Program-made: the position numbers and the translations under genes
Assembly (NCBI GenBank): GCA_041697335.1
Contig: JBGUGD010000001.1
Coordinates: 113,741-177,740, forward strand
Reading direction: 5' to 3'
DNA length: 64,000 nucleotides
Origin: Vampirovibrionaceae bacterium NZW_1234
GTDB lineage: Bacteria; Cyanobacteriota; Vampirovibrionia; Vampirovibrionales; JAGQHJ01
The notes under the pieces: generated by a model
Told to the model about the DNA's origin: nothing
Databases searched by the model: none
Seen by the model: only the letters and a program-made list of their open reading frames with translations
Shown: one piece after another, positions 38,808-47,434 of the stretch
Layout: each line of letters begins with the position of its first letter
Position numbering within the stretch: the stretch's first letter is position 1

Positions 38808-40037
38808 ATGATGGCGTTGACACGGCTTGTCGTGGCTGGAATGGTGTTTGTAATGGCGATGGGGGTTCCCATAGCCTGGGCGAAAGAGATGAGTATTCCC
38901 AAAGGGCTTCGGGTGCCGCTGTCGTTTACGGCGCCCATCCAGGGCCGAAATATTTCCTCGTCGCAAAAGACTCCCGTGGTGGTGGCCGAGGACGTAACCA
39001 TTCACTACCAGGTGGATCAAACCCGGCCGCCGGAGACCATTGTTCTCTTTAAAAAAGGCACCCCGGGCTTTGCCAACGTGTTTTACCAAAAGCCTGGGGC
39101 CTTGGGCAAGCCAGCCTATCTGGCGGTGTTTAATGCGGCGGTCAAGGATGTCCAGGGGCATGAATGGTTGTTGAAAACGTCAACCACGGCCCAGGGGACG
39201 CCCAGCAAGGCGGCGGCCTGGGGCACGTCGTTGTCGACCATGAGCCTGTTTACGCTGCCGCTGTTGCCGGTGTTTGCCTCCATGCGGGGCAGCGATGTGG
39301 GGTTGAAGCCCCAAGACGTGATTGACGCGTACACCTTGGATGACATCCGGCTGTTTATTGATGAGGACAAACTGTGGGCCCATCGCCTGGCCGCCCAAGA
39401 GGTGACCGAGATTTTGCCCCCCGGCGCCGTGGCCCCAACCGGGCGGCAGTATTTCGAGGATTTTTCCACACAGCTGTGGTCCGCACTCAAACTGCCCTCG
39501 GATTACACCGGTGCCTTGCCCATTATTGTGTATCGGGTCCTGGAAAACGGGACCTTGGGCCGGACCAATCTGGTCAAATCCTCCGGGGATCCCAACCTGG
39601 ATCACCAGGTGATGGAGGCCCTGTACACGACGCTGGCCGAATGGCCCATGCCGCCGGATCAGCGACACAAGACCCATTACCTGGTGGTTAGCCAGTTGAT
39701 CCAGGATCCCTACCGGGTGCAGGAGTTCCAGCGCCAATCTCCGGCTTTTAAGCAATGGACCGAGGCCTCCACCGCCCTGACCCAGCGCAACACCTTGCCG
39801 CCCAGCCTGCGCTCCCAGCTTCGCAACGATGAGTACGCCCTGGCCGAAATCCTGATGGACAAGCAGGGCAAGGTCCTGTTCTGCGACATCAAGGAGTCGT
39901 CCCAGAACCCGGCGGTCAACGACGTGGTGGTCAAGTCCATTGTCGCCTCCTCGCCCTTGCCTCCCTTGCCGCCGGACTACCCCAGCGAAGCCATCCTGTT
40001 TCAGACCATGCTGAGCTACGCGGCCTTTCGCCATTAA
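38808..40037 (+). CDS. Secreted protein with two TonB C-terminal-like domains
   Basis: Signal peptide ending IAWA; VKSSGDPNLDHQVMEAL and KESSQNPAVNDVVVKSI..PLPPLP motifs. Confidence 0.75.
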   Translation: MMALTRLVVAGMVFVMAMGVPIAWAKEMSIPKGLRVPLSFTAPIQGRNISSSQKTPVVVAEDVTIHYQVDQTRPPETIVLFKKGTPGFANVFYQKPGALGKPAYLAVFNAAVKDVQGHEWLLKTSTTAQGTPSKAAAWGTSLSTMSLFTLPLLPVFASMRGSDVGLKPQDVIDAYTLDDIRLFIDEDKLWAHRLAAQEVTEILPPGAVAPTGRQYFEDFSTQLWSALKLPSDYTGALPIIVYRVLENGTLGRTNLVKSSGDPNLDHQVMEALYTTLAEWPMPPDQRHKTHYLVVSQLIQDPYRVQEFQRQSPAFKQWTEASTALTQRNTLPPSLRSQLRNDEYALAEILMDKQGKVLFCDIKESSQNPAVNDVVVKSIVASSPLPPLPPDYPSEAILFQTMLSYAAFRH

Positions 40038-40095
40038 TCCCGAATAGCGTACTTTGGGATTCAAGCAAGTGACGGGATTGAACACGCCGATAGCG

Positions 40096-41268
40096 CTATT
40101 TCTGGGCGAGCGGGTTCAGGAGGTTTCGTAAGTTATCAACCGATTCTTCCTGCCATTTTCGTTGAACCTCGGCCAGGTTATTTTTTAATGCGTCATATTC
40201 TTCGGGCGATAACGCCAGCGCAGTTTTCATGGCGTCGTAGAGATGATTTTCCGCATGGGAAATGGCGCAGGATTCCAGGCCGTAGAGGGTGGCCAGTTTT
40301 TCATGAAGGACAGGCACTACCTGGAGCCCGACAGCCACTGAAATGGAGGAGCTGATTTTGTGGGTGAAATAATCGTGTTCAAACGACTCATCAATCAATG
40401 TCAACATATAATGGGCGCCACCGATGCGGGCATAATAGTCTCGATAGGGCAGAAAGCCGTGTTCCCATTCAAAATAGGCTTCCAGGCCCTGTCGGGCGAT
40501 TTCTGACGCCAAACGCTGTGCATCGGGGGTATGGCTATTGCCCAGCAGCAGGATTTTGAACTGTGGCGGCTGGTGTGACTTGAATTTTTGCAGGACGTCC
40601 AGAAGCCCCAGATAATTCCGGCGGAAAAAGACGATATTGCCTTGGATCACAAAGGTGGTTGTCACGGTTTTGGTAAAGGGCTGCTCTGTAAAATAAGCTG
40701 GGCGATACCAGGTAACGGGGATATCGGAGGGGAGTAGGCTTCGGCAATGGGGGGCCAGGGTGATGGCCTTTATCCTGGGCGACTGTCGCAGGTGGGAATG
40801 ATAATAACGGTGTCGGTAAACCATGCTGCGACAATGAAAGGTCATCAGGACGGTAGCGTTTGTTTTGGCCAGCAGTGTTTCCAGCGTGACCCTCTGGAAA
40901 AAACGGTATTTGAAAAACCGGTATACCTGGATGACCCAAGGAAGCCCTGTGTAGATGGCTCGTTTGAGGGTTAACGATCCACTGGATTTCGCGTCATTGT
41001 AAATGGCGATATCTCGAACGGTATTGATAACAATGAGGTCATACCCGGACAACCATTGCCGTTCTTTTGGGCTTAAACGTCGGAACGCGGGGATGGGAAG
41101 CAAGCGGTAGTTTAGATGGGGGGTATAGTACAGTGAATTTTTTTCGAGATTCGTTGCGGTGGTGAGGATATCGACCTGAAACCCAAGTTGGTTGAGGTAG
41201 TAGACAAGCGACGGAAAAATTTCATCATGAGAGGTGCTTGTTTCCAGGAGTAAACACTTTTGGTCCAT
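40096..41268 (-). CDS. Putative glycosyltransferase-like (GT-B) protein
   Basis: 390 aa; FVIQGNI..RRNY, FLPYRDYYARI and KISSSISVAVG resemble a GT-B C-domain. Confidence 0.6.
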   Translation of the reverse strand: MDQKCLLLETSTSHDEIFPSLVYYLNQLGFQVDILTTATNLEKNSLYYTPHLNYRLLPIPAFRRLSPKERQWLSGYDLIVINTVRDIAIYNDAKSSGSLTLKRAIYTGLPWVIQVYRFFKYRFFQRVTLETLLAKTNATVLMTFHCRSMVYRHRYYHSHLRQSPRIKAITLAPHCRSLLPSDIPVTWYRPAYFTEQPFTKTVTTTFVIQGNIVFFRRNYLGLLDVLQKFKSHQPPQFKILLLGNSHTPDAQRLASEIARQGLEAYFEWEHGFLPYRDYYARIGGAHYMLTLIDESFEHDYFTHKISSSISVAVGLQVVPVLHEKLATLYGLESCAISHAENHLYDAMKTALALSPEEYDALKNNLAEVQRKWQEESVDNLRNLLNPLAQK

Positions 41269-41808
41269 TGTTCAACGTGGGCTTAACCTGCTTATTCTCT
41301 CATTATAGTTGTTTTCTCACTGTCATTGGGTGTCTTTGCGGGGGTTGATAGGCGCAGCCTTTCAAGGTATGGGTCCTGCGCAATACTGCCTTTCTCCTGC
41401 TCAAAGTGCAATTGCTAGCAGAGGAGCGGTTGCGTCAATTGGGAAGATGATCATAAGGTTTAATATCAATCTGAAAATGAAATGGCGTGGAATCATGGCA
41501 GCTGTCTGCACTTGGAGTTATGGATTGCCGGGAAGCGGCCCCGTGAGAATAATGTATCGGTGATAGCGGTTCCTCTCAAGATGGCTGTAAAAAGTACCTG
41601 GATTTTGCCAAGCGCAATACCGTCGACTAAGCGGATCGCTTAAAAAAGCCATCAAGGACAAGAACTTTGTCGATCCCGAGGGGACACCCCATCACGGGAT
41701 TCTGGATCCGGTGCGGGCTTTGGAGCTGACCCAGGAGCGGATGAAGGCCCGAGAGTAAGCTTATTCGTCCGTTCGTTTGGCTCATCATGGCGATTGCCCG
41801 GAAATCCG

Positions 41809-42143
41809 CTAGCCTTTGGCGTAGCCGGTGGCAAAGGCGTAGAACAGCATGGCCACAGGCCCAGCATGAAAAGGGGAGGAACCAGGATACCGCCCAAAGT
41901 GGTGACCCACGCCAGGCTGTTTAACGGCGTGATGCGGCCCAATTCTTTCAACCCACTGCGGGCACATTTTAGGGTGTGCTGCCATATGGATTCCGTATTC
42001 TGAGCGGACTGGGGCTTTTTAACGGCTTTGTGAGCAGAGGAGAACCTTGGTACCGATGTCGACAAAACCGGATTAAGACGTGTCCCTTGAATGCAGGGTA
42101 TTGCAACTGTGTAAGTGGGGTTATGAATCAGTTTCATGGGCAT
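41809..42143 (-). pseudogene. Frameshifted small membrane protein, paralog of the 42193-42555 gene
   Basis: After PPLFMLG a frameshift at about 41854-41858 restores AMLFYAFATGYAKG-stop, matching the paralog's SLLLVSFANGFAR. Confidence 0.6.
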
Positions 42144-42192
42144 TTTTAAATTGCGATGTATTCCAATGAGACGAACGAGAAAAAAATCGGTG

Positions 42193-42555
42193 TTAGGATG
42201 GGGGTGATTCACTGCGTCGTTCCGGATCGGTTGGTCGGGCAAAGCCATTGGCAAAAGAAACCAAAAGCAGGGAAATGCCGACCATCAGTAACGGTGGCAC
42301 GAAAATGCCTGCCAGGAAACTTCCCCACGCGCCAACGTTGAGTAGGGAAAGCGTGACTACCTGGCGAAACCCATTTTGTATGGATTGCTTCAGCATCAAC
42401 GGAATGTCATTCATTTCCGGGTCTGTTGACGTTGCTTGGGTGGACTTTTGTGTATTTGAATTTCCGGCAAAACCGGGACGAGCTGAATTTTTTAGCTGCA
42501 ATACAGTATGATGTGAGTTTTTAAATTTAAAATCTTGTGACCTAATAGAAGTCAT
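42193..42555 (-). CDS. Small membrane hypothetical protein
   Basis: C-terminal TM hairpin GAWGSFLAGIFVPPLLMVGISLLLVSF. Confidence 0.65.
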   Translation of the reverse strand: MTSIRSQDFKFKNSHHTVLQLKNSARPGFAGNSNTQKSTQATSTDPEMNDIPLMLKQSIQNGFRQVVTLSLLNVGAWGSFLAGIFVPPLLMVGISLLLVSFANGFARPTDPERRSESPPS

Positions 42556-42569
42556 AGCTGGCACCACGT

Positions 42570-43790
42570 TTAGGATATAAATCCACGTAAGTCAATATCA
42601 AATAAATTTTGTAAAAAGTCTTGTGCGCCTGATTGAAAGGTATCTAGCATTACTGTTGCAAAATTTGCTATTTTCCCTAATGGTCCATACCAATTTGGGG
42701 CCTTGCCTGATGCGCAATAATGTTGAAAGCCCCAGAGCATCGATAATGAAGGAAGGCCAAAACCAATACCTCCTGATAATGCACCTGTTAACTGTCCTAG
42801 TCCTGGAATAAATCTATGAAATAGGGACGTAACACGCTCACCAAAATGAACGATATTAGAAATTTGTAAAACAGGCTCTATTTCTTTATTTTCATTGGTG
42901 GGTATTTTAAATACTTTCTTCAGCTTGTTAAAAAGTACTTTATTTAAAGTCAGATGGTAAAAATCAGATGCAAGGGGAAGTAGCCCTAGGCTGCCTGTTG
43001 CACAAGCTGCACCTGTATATAATATGCACAGTCCAATGGCTTTAAAATATTGGTTTAAACTTACTTTTCGTTTGTTTCCCTCAAAAGTTAAATATCGATG
43101 GTCAGAAAAATAGGCTTTTGGAAGAGGTGCTTTGAGGTATTCTTCTAAAATTGCTTCAAATGCTTCGATGTTATTGGGGTGTTGTTTTAATTTAATTAAG
43201 GCTTTTCTGAGGGCTGGATCTTTTTTGATGTGTTTGGCGGCAGATATACTAAAATTGCACACTGCTGTGGTTTGTTGAAATTCTTTTACAGACTCCCTTA
43301 GTCGGTATAAAGTACGATACTTTCGACATTTAGCGAGTCGTTCGTTTGCTTCCTGATTACAGGCATCAGCTAGTCTGGAATAAAAATTAATGGCAATGTC
43401 GGGTTTAATTAAAAAATCAATTAAGCCTATTTCACCTGACTTCAGTGCCTTTCTGAACAACTTTATGTCACGAGTGGCGTGTTTTAATTCTTTCGGACGC
43501 TGGTAGCTTGTTAGTTCTTCCCAAAAAGAGTCAAAGTACTCTGGGTCTGTAAGATCATTCAGTAATTCACTGAGTTCAGAGTTAATTTGTGGTGCTGGTT
43601 TAATGGTTGAATGTTCAGTGTCATCTGGCGTGTTGGGCTGTAAGGGGGGCGGTTGAGATGGCAGGTGATAGGTTGGCTGCCCAGAAAGAAATGAAAAATG
43701 GTAAAACGATGGCTGAGTATTCAATGTTTTTTTATTACTATTCGGGTCTGAATTTGATTTAAATCTTATTTGCACATTCTGAATTATCAT
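42570..43790 (-). CDS. AT-rich hypothetical protein with Gly-rich hydrophobic segments
   Basis: 406-aa ORF, visibly more AT-rich than its flanks; IPGLGQLTGALSGGIGFG segment. Confidence 0.75.
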   Translation of the reverse strand: MIIQNVQIRFKSNSDPNSNKKTLNTQPSFYHFSFLSGQPTYHLPSQPPPLQPNTPDDTEHSTIKPAPQINSELSELLNDLTDPEYFDSFWEELTSYQRPKELKHATRDIKLFRKALKSGEIGLIDFLIKPDIAINFYSRLADACNQEANERLAKCRKYRTLYRLRESVKEFQQTTAVCNFSISAAKHIKKDPALRKALIKLKQHPNNIEAFEAILEEYLKAPLPKAYFSDHRYLTFEGNKRKVSLNQYFKAIGLCILYTGAACATGSLGLLPLASDFYHLTLNKVLFNKLKKVFKIPTNENKEIEPVLQISNIVHFGERVTSLFHRFIPGLGQLTGALSGGIGFGLPSLSMLWGFQHYCASGKAPNWYGPLGKIANFATVMLDTFQSGAQDFLQNLFDIDLRGFIS

Positions 43791-43948
43791 TTTTCTGTCG
43801 GATTTCTGTTTTTATAGTCACTAATCTTTGTATAAAAATATTGTTGCGTCAATATTTTAATGAAACCAGAGTGGCAACAACAACATAATTTTTTACACAT
43901 TGCCAAGAGCGTGTTTGCTGCTTAAGAGGCCGGGCCTATCTGGTGCGG

Positions 43949-46129
43949 TTAAACGGTGGCGAGGTGGGCGGGGATGGATTTGAAGGCGGGGGTTTTGGAT
44001 TCGGGGTCCAGGTGTTGGGGGACCAGGAGGTTGGCTTCGGGGTAGTACATGGCCAAAGAGCCGGGGGCGATGTCGGTGATGGAGACCCGGACCCGCATGG
44101 TGCCGGTTTCGGTGGAAACATCCACCGCTTGGCCTTCGGCAAGGTTCAGGCGCCGGGCATCGACGGGGGACATCATTACAACGTCCCGGTGGGTGTTGCC
44201 CCGGTAGAGGTCCTCTTCTTCATAGACCACGGTGTTGAACTGGCCCTCGGAGCGAATGGTCATCAGCTGGAAGGTCCCGTCCTGATACGCCAGGTCGGGG
44301 ACCGGGGTGACGTAGAAATGGGCCTTGCCGTCGGGGGTGGGGAAGGCCGGGGTGTGAAAGGTGCGGTTGGCAATCTGAAATTCAGCGCGGGTTTGGCCAA
44401 TGTCCTTGAGGGGCTCCAGGCCGGGGACCACTTCGGCGATGGCGTCGCGAAGCGCCTGGTGGGAGTGAAGGGTTGACCAGTCGTAGACGCCTTTGGGCAA
44501 AATGCGCTCGGCAATGCTGGCAATGATGTCCACCTCCGAGCGCATGTCCCCTGGGACCAGGGGCTTGCCGCCGTCAGAAAGGCGGACATAGTTGAACATG
44601 GATTCCTGGGTCGTGCTCTGGTGCTCTTCGTCTCGGGCCAGGCAGGGCAGGATGAGGGCCGTTTGCCCCCGCCCGTGGAGATGGCCTTCGTTGAGCTTGG
44701 TGGAGACGGTGATGGTGAGGGGAATGCGTTGCAGGGCCTCGGCGGCCCAGGTGCGATGGGGGTTGCTGCCGAACAGGTTGCCGCCCAGCAGGAAGGCCAC
44801 GTCGATGTTGCCCTCGTGGGAGGCGACCATGGCGCCATGGGTGTCCATGCCGCTGCCTTCGGGGAGGGTGATGTTGTAGAGGCGGCTCAGGCGCTCGGCA
44901 AAGGCCTGTTTGAGCTGAGGGGCCACCCCCACGGTGCCTACGCCCTGGACGTTGGAATGCCCCCGGATGGGAAGAAGCCCAGAGCCCGGTTGCCCCAACC
45001 AGCCCTGGCTGAGGGCCAGGTTCGACAGGGCGAGGATGTTGTCCACGCCAAAGGCATGGTGGGTGAGGCCCATGGCCCACATAAAGATGCCTCGCTTGCT
45101 GTGGGCGATGATGCGCACGGCCTGCTCAATCTCGTCGTGAGAAAGGCCGCAGGCGGTGAGCAGATCCGACCAGGAGCTGGCCTTGATGTCGGCTTCCACG
45201 GCGTCCCAGCCTTGGGTATAGCGGGCAATGTAGTCGCGGTCGAGATGCTCTCTCTCGATGAGGCCTTTGAGGAGGGCTTTGTACAGGGCAATGTCGGATC
45301 CGACCCGGGGCTGGAGGTAAAGATCACAGACGGTTGACCCGAAGAGGAGGCTCTTGGGGCGGGACGGGATTTTAAAGCGTACCAGGCCCAGCTCTTTTAA
45401 AGGGTTGATGACGATGACCCGCCCGCCTCGCTGGCGCAGTTCAACCAGTTGCGTGATGAGGCGCGGGTGGTTGCTGGCCGGGTTGGCCCCGGCGACGATG
45501 GCCAGATCGGCATGGTGCAGATCGTCCAGGGTGATGGAGGCGGTGCCGGACCCGTAAATCTTGTTGAGGGCGACCCCGGAGGCCTGGTGGCAGTAGTAGG
45601 AACAATTGTTGACGTTGTTGGTGCCATAGGCCCGGGCCATCAGCTGGAGCAGGAAGGCGGCCTCGTTGCTGGCCCGGCCCGAGGAATAGAAAAACGTCCG
45701 GTCCGGGTGGGTGCTGTTAAAGCCCCGGGCAATGCGATCAAAGGCCTCCTCCCAGGACACCATGCGAAAATGGGTGTCGCCGGGTTCGGCAATCATCGGG
45801 TACGCCAGGCGGCCCAGGTATTCCAGCTCCCGCGGGGTCAGGCGGCTCATCTGGGCAATGCTGGTCTGTTTCAGAAACTCGGGCGTGATGATGCCCTGCA
45901 TGTCCCCGGCCTGGGCCTGGACGGATTTCTTGCAAAACTCCGGAAAATGACCCGCTTCGTTGACCATGCCGCCTTTTTGCCCGCCCATGCCTAAGGCACA
46001 GGTTTTACAGGCGTTTTTGGACGCCATGCGGACAAAAAAGCGAAACAGACCGCCCGAGGTCCAGGCTTTTCGCATGGTGTAGAGAATGGCCGGAAAGCCC
46101 CCGGCGGCAGAAACGCGATATTTTCCCAT
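43949..46129 (-). CDS. FdhF/YdeP-family molybdopterin oxidoreductase
   Basis: FYSSGRASNEA, NCSYYCHQASG, NPASNHPR, PIRGHSNVQG, LMTIRSEGQFNT, SKTPAFKS. Confidence 0.95.
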   Translation of the reverse strand: MGKYRVSAAGGFPAILYTMRKAWTSGGLFRFFVRMASKNACKTCALGMGGQKGGMVNEAGHFPEFCKKSVQAQAGDMQGIITPEFLKQTSIAQMSRLTPRELEYLGRLAYPMIAEPGDTHFRMVSWEEAFDRIARGFNSTHPDRTFFYSSGRASNEAAFLLQLMARAYGTNNVNNCSYYCHQASGVALNKIYGSGTASITLDDLHHADLAIVAGANPASNHPRLITQLVELRQRGGRVIVINPLKELGLVRFKIPSRPKSLLFGSTVCDLYLQPRVGSDIALYKALLKGLIEREHLDRDYIARYTQGWDAVEADIKASSWSDLLTACGLSHDEIEQAVRIIAHSKRGIFMWAMGLTHHAFGVDNILALSNLALSQGWLGQPGSGLLPIRGHSNVQGVGTVGVAPQLKQAFAERLSRLYNITLPEGSGMDTHGAMVASHEGNIDVAFLLGGNLFGSNPHRTWAAEALQRIPLTITVSTKLNEGHLHGRGQTALILPCLARDEEHQSTTQESMFNYVRLSDGGKPLVPGDMRSEVDIIASIAERILPKGVYDWSTLHSHQALRDAIAEVVPGLEPLKDIGQTRAEFQIANRTFHTPAFPTPDGKAHFYVTPVPDLAYQDGTFQLMTIRSEGQFNTVVYEEEDLYRGNTHRDVVMMSPVDARRLNLAEGQAVDVSTETGTMRVRVSITDIAPGSLAMYYPEANLLVPQHLDPESKTPAFKSIPAHLATV

Positions 46130-46198
46130 GGGCACCAGTATACCGGATTTTGCCCCGAAGCGACAGGGCGTTTGTTTGCGCCGGAGATGGTGCCGAGG

Positions 46199-46531
46199 TT
46201 AGGGATCGGGTGCTGTGGTCGGCAGATAGGTCGCTGTACCGAATTCGTTTGCGCTGTTGGGCAGAACCCGGAGAGCACATGGCGTTTCTGCCGCTTCTTG
46301 AGGGTTCACCGAGTGGGGTGTTCCCTCAGGCGCTGAGGGCGACCAGGGCGATTTGTGGCTGCCGCAATAGCCCCCGTATTTGCCGCAATGACGGCCACAA
46401 TGACCTTGATCCGTTGCGTTCTGGGCATGCTTGAGAGGCTCAACTTCGGTCATTGCGAATAACGAAGCACTATTCGTGGCTGTTAAGGATGCTCCCAGTA
46501 CGAGAGGAAGCATTCGGGCCGCTAAGCTCAT
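46199..46531 (-). CDS. Small putatively exported Cys/His-motif protein
   Basis: ATG at 46531 after AAAGGAG; signal-like N-terminus; HCGRHCGKYGGYCGSH. Confidence 0.5.
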   Translation of the reverse strand: MSLAARMLPLVLGASLTATNSASLFAMTEVEPLKHAQNATDQGHCGRHCGKYGGYCGSHKSPWSPSAPEGTPHSVNPQEAAETPCALRVLPNSANEFGTATYLPTTAPDP

Positions 46532-46607
46532 CCGCAAACTCCTTTCCGGGTTGATTCGGCTCTTGTGAGGATTCACGGTTTCATATTACTATTGCTGTAG
46601 AATTTTG

Positions 46608-47426
46608 CTATTGCCCGGCCTCGCCATCTTGTTGGGAGGCGGGGGTGGCAAACACCGCGTCACGAACCTGAAGGAGTTGGGCCACGGTGCTGATGGCAAT
46701 TTCCTGGGGGTGATTGCTGCCAATGTCCAGGCCGATGGGGCAATGAAAGGCGGTCTGGAGCGATTCGGGCAGTCCGGCGTCCAGAACGTCCTGCTTCAGT
46801 TGTCTGGCCTTGGCCCGGCTGCCGATGACGCCAATGTAGGGAAAGGAACGGGATTTGAGGATCTCCAGGAGGATGGGCTTGTCCGTGCTGTGGCCCATGG
46901 TCATCAGCACCACGAAGGTATTCTCTTCCAAGGACCGGACATAGTGGGGCATCTCCTCGGTGTGGACTTTCTTGAGCCTGGGGCTCTCCGGCAGCCGGGC
47001 CAGCCACTCCGGGCGCGGATCGATGCAGGTGATGCGGCAGTCCAGTTCCAGAAGGATGCGGATGAGGGCCTGGGCCACGTGACCTGCCCCAAAAATGCTG
47101 ATGGACCAGGTCTTGGTATTAAAGAGCTCGAAATACAGCTTGACCGTGCCGCCGCAGGTCATCCCGATGTCCTTGTTGAGGTTCCATTGGGCAAAGCGGG
47201 TTTTTTCGCCCTGGGAGGCTTTTTGAAGCATCTCCTGGGCTTCGTCAATGGCGCGCTTTTCGATTTTGCCGCCCCCCACCGTGCCTTCGTACAGGCCCTC
47301 GGCGGTCACCAGCATCTTCGCGCCCACGTTCTGGGGGACACTGCCCAGGGCATCCACCAGGGTGACCAGGACAAAGGGCCGCTCCTGCTGTGTGAGCGTC
47401 ACCAGGGTTTCGTAAAAGGATGCCAT
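46608..47426 (-). CDS. xdhC: Xanthine dehydrogenase accessory protein
   Basis: GSVPQ..GAKM, GTVGGGKIE, GMTCGG, FGAGHVA, YIGVIGS, CPIG. Confidence 0.93.
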   Translation of the reverse strand: MASFYETLVTLTQQERPFVLVTLVDALGSVPQNVGAKMLVTAEGLYEGTVGGGKIEKRAIDEAQEMLQKASQGEKTRFAQWNLNKDIGMTCGGTVKLYFELFNTKTWSISIFGAGHVAQALIRILLELDCRITCIDPRPEWLARLPESPRLKKVHTEEMPHYVRSLEENTFVVLMTMGHSTDKPILLEILKSRSFPYIGVIGSRAKARQLKQDVLDAGLPESLQTAFHCPIGLDIGSNHPQEIAISTVAQLLQVRDAVFATPASQQDGEAGQ

Positions 47427-47434
47427 GGCAACAG

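Noticed and set aside
41652..42254. 200-aa ORF as given in the ORF track
   Set aside because: The start overlaps the upstream gene and the Pro-rich tail is the wrong frame after an indel; reinterpreted as 41809-42143.
46380..46400. c-type heme-binding motif in the small Cys/His protein
   Set aside because: The sequence is CGRHC (CxxxC), not CxxCH.
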